Origin: Raillietiella orientalis
Taxonomy: Eukaryota
Direction of reading: 5' to 3'
Length of the DNA stretch: 64,000 nt
NCBI GenBank assembly: GCA_036172245.1
Contig: JAYWIR010000037.1
Coordinates: 1,488,001-1,552,000, forward strand
In this document: positions 60,750 to 64,000 of the stretch, piece after piece
Numbering within the stretch: the stretch's first letter is position 1
Layout: each line of letters begins with the position of its first letter
Position numbers and translations under genes: made by a program
The notes under the pieces: generated by a model
The model's database searches: none
What the model saw: only the letters and a program-made list of their open reading frames with translations
Told to the model about the DNA's origin: nothing

Positions 60750-63563
60750 CGTAATCGAGGATGCGGAAGTACCGATGATCAACTCGCTTCTTATGTATTC
60801 ACGTGGTCCTAACCCTCCTTCCCCCGAGGCAGGATCGAGGGAGGCATTGTGAGAAAGCCTCGCATCCAGGAAGTTGATCCCTGCCGAGGCTCAAATCCTA
60901 TTCCTGGAGGTTGACGCTACCTCTCCTGCATTCCGGGGGCGCCATCTTTCGAATTCCAAACCAGCGTCTCCTTTTTGAGACCCATTACACCAGAACACTG
61001 TGTTCGTCCCAGACTGCGCGGCTGATGCACCAGAATCACTCGCTGGTAACTTTGACGCTGCTGAATCGCTTCCTCGTCTTGTAAATCGAATCACCAACTG
61101 ATTTTTCGCTCGTCCAGAGTATGGTTACGGTATTTCAATTTCGGGAAGTTTATTTGAAAAAACAAACTACAAGTTAGAGGGAAAAGGTAATTCTCAAAAA
61201 CAAGAAATGACAAAAAGAAAATTTTTCCTAGTGAACTTGTCCTTTTCGCGCGTACCTGGTTGCAGATTCAAGCACGCGTAGCGCAGCAAAGCCCGGAAGC
61301 GGAAAAATCGCTGCTGCAAACAAGCGTCATCGAAGGGAACGTCGGGTACCTTGATGATCGTGGTCGATCTCCACAATGTGTTCGACTAAGTCAACCAAGA
61401 GCTTCCTCTGGAGCTCTTGGAACGCATTGATCTCCCGGAACAACTCTTAGTCTACCCATGCTCCTGCTGGAACCACACGCTAACCTGAGTTCATTTCAGC
61501 GGCCGCCACGTGTACTGTATTCCCGTGCGCAGGGGTATCAGTCTGGACGACAGCTTAAGCGCTCTGCTCTTCAGCATCATCTTCGAATTGGGGCTCAGAA
61601 AGTACAGGCTAACTCTGACTGACCTGCCAAGCTCCTGCCCGGGCACGCCGTCCGTGGCTGTCTACGTGGATGACCTGCTTATCGTTTTATCCATGTCCAA
61701 TGCGGTGTCCTGTCTCGAGGATTGCTTCGAGCTGATTCGTCGGAGAGCGGGCGTGAGCGTGAACAGGAGCAAGAGTATGGACGTTCCGGTGGGTGCCTCG
61801 TGGGAGGGGCAGTCCGACTGGCCGGATCCACAGGAGGATCCCCACGGGCAGGTATTTAAAGTACCTTCGCTTTCCGTTGGGCGTCCTTGGCGTTGCCGAA
61901 GTGTGGTCGAGATGTCTTTGGAAGGCTGAGTTGGCCCTTAGCCCGTTCCTCCATGGCAAGTTCAGCTTGCCGAAACAGGCTCTTATTTGGAACACCTTTG
62001 CGGCTCCCTTGTCCGCTCACTCATTTTTGTTTGTGCGCCACCCTACGAAGAGAAACAGAGGGCTCAGTGTTTGCTGAAGAGCGCTCTCCGGGGACCCGCA
62101 AGGTCCAGGATACGCCTCAAAGACTTGGAGGCTCCGCGTCGGCATGTCGGCTCAGGCATCCTGACTCTGGAACGATTCGGGCTGCGAGTGCAGCTCCGAA
62201 TGCTGTCCCTGTGTGCCCAGTTGTGGACTACCCTGTTGTGGGCGCCTGTACGCTTCAACCTGCAGAGATGCGCCGACAGCGAAGAATTGCTCTCGCTGCT
62301 GACGAGCTTGAGTTACAGTATGCAGGAGTTCGGCTCCCACCTGAGGCAACTCGCCTTTCTAGTAAAAGCCCATCCGTTGATCTCCTGCCGCCCAAAGAAC
62401 TTTAACGCGTGGAGGAAGGAGACTTTTGAATCCTGGGCTGCAATTAAGGGAATTCGCTCTGAAGGTCTTCACCCTCTGAGGCATTTGTTGCCATGACCTC
62501 TGGAAGTGGTGGTGCAGGACGGGGTGAAGTTTTCGACCCTCGCCTCCATACCCGTCTACGAACCGCTGTCTGCCCTCAGGGCGAGAGACGATATTAGCCA
62601 AGCGGAGAGGTGGGAGTTTTCTTGCACCACCGTGGTAAAAGCCTCCTCCTCCTCGGTTCCTGGAAGATGCGTGAGTTGGTGGATGCTGTCACTCAGCGTT
62701 CTGTAGCGAAGGAACTCCTTCTGTGGGGCGAACTTTTGAGTATTGCTCTTGAAGTACTCGTGGTTCCTTCCCATTGTATGGACGCTTACTTGTTCCCCTT
62801 TGTTCGGAAGCAAGCCGTGCTGCTCTTCATCCACTGGGAATTCCAGTGTAACGAGCGACGGCATCGAGCTTCCGGAGGGGTTCCATCTCCGAACTGTGCC
62901 AGGTGCGGGTCGACGGAGTAGGTACTGCACTTGCTATTGGACTGCGGTACCCTCCAAGAACTGTGGCGGAAGCTAGCAACAGCACTCCTGTACGAGGAGG
63001 ACACCGTCCGAGACGTCCTGCAGCGATTCTTTGCTCCGAAAGTCCTCTCGATGGACGCTGTTATTGCAACCATGAGCTGCATCCGTGCCATCATTGGTGC
63101 CCGACAGGTACCAGAAACCATCACGCAGCGAAGGGAGGTCACCAGTATGGCAGCCACCTACATCAAAACAGCTGCAAGTAGCCTCACCTGGAAGAGGAAG
63201 CGATGAAGGAGATCACCTGCATCCACCGCCGGTTGATGGACGGATAGGAGCGGCGGACCCAGTGATCCTTGTCCCTTTCCTTTTTTTTTTCTTCTTGTTC
63301 TCCATTCCTGTTCTTTCTGTAACTTTCCCGGGGCTCTTTGTTCTCATCTCGGCGCATACAGAGCAAAAACAAAGATCCCTGTATCTTCCCACTCATTTTG
63401 TTTTCTTTTTTGTTGTCTTGGGCTCTCCACGTTCCGGACTTTCTGTTGTCCCGGTCTGCGTGCCAGTGAACTCTCTGCTTTGTTTCTTGCTGTCGTCAGT
63501 TGGGAACCAAACCACTGCTTTATTTTCATAAAATCAACTATGCGGCGTGACTGGGTGAAAAAC
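60750..63563 (+). mobile_element. Family A longest copy: pseudogenised L1/Tx1-clade ORF2 with reverse transcriptase and C-terminal zinc-binding motif
   Basis: VVDLHNVFD*V (~61360), RRGISLDDSLSALLF...YVDDLL...AGVSVNRSKS (ORF 61510), KYLRFPLG, GSGI, HW...CARCGSTE*VLHLLLDC. The UTR has CGTTCCGGACTTTC and the terminus GCGGCGTGACTGGGTGAAAAAC. Confidence 0.92.
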
Positions 63564-64000
63564 TTCGTTGTCAAGCAACCATTTGCACAGTCTTTCAGCA
63601 GGACATTTTGCGTTGAGTTGATAGGTAGATTTACTTGTGGATTTTGGAATCCATCTGGAGACGTCAGTAGCAAGAAGATTCAACAGAGAGAAAGAATATA
63701 TGCTCTCAAGAGTTCTTGTGCGTTGTACAATTGAACGAGACAGCATGCAGTCTAAAAATCCAATACACAGGAGTAGCACATACAGGCAAGAGATGCAAGC
63801 AAGAGTAAGGAAGTGAGACTGGAAAATGAATGAGGCAAGATCGCCGTGAATTATGAAATGCTCGGAATAACTGAAGAAAAACTTCTCAGCGACTTCACTT
63901 GTAAGACCAACTATAGTCAGAAAGCAATGTCATCGAAAGCACTTAGAGCTGCAGTGGTTTCAGTCGGAAGAAGGAGAAAATTTGGACTTTTCATGTGATT

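Noticed and set aside
1..64000. The many 60-180 aa ORFs as real genes; CRISPR arrays, tRNAs, LTR pairs, prokaryotic operons
   Set aside because: The ORFs are short, overlap in several frames, and mostly lie in GC-rich TE remnants. I saw no regularly spaced repeats, cloverleaf motifs or long direct terminal repeats.

Overview
This is eukaryotic DNA, probably arthropod judging from the 28S rRNA fragment. It is repeat-dominated and I can support no intact protein-coding gene. Most of it is a graveyard of L1/Tx1-clade non-LTR retrotransposons. Family A has about ten copies and a shared C-terminal CxxC...HLLLDC motif. Its young copies have clear TSDs but no poly(A), ending instead in a GC-rich hairpin plus ACAAACA. 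Family B has three copies. There are also a CR1/L2-type RT remnant and two MITE-like inverted-repeat elements. Most notable: (1) a triple nest at about 9.8-12.4 kb, where an antisense 28S rRNA fragment sits inside a histone H3 pseudogene, which itself splits a family A LINE; (2) two ~0.9 kb family A copies with different TSDs but nearly the same 5' end and the same two premature stops, suggesting a trans-mobilised non-autonomous mini-LINE; (3) an ACAG-type target preference matching the element's own 3' end; (4) a 240 bp patchwork at 16.6 kb stitched from three nearby templates. All homology calls come from visual motif reading, not database searches. Boundaries of old copies are approximate.
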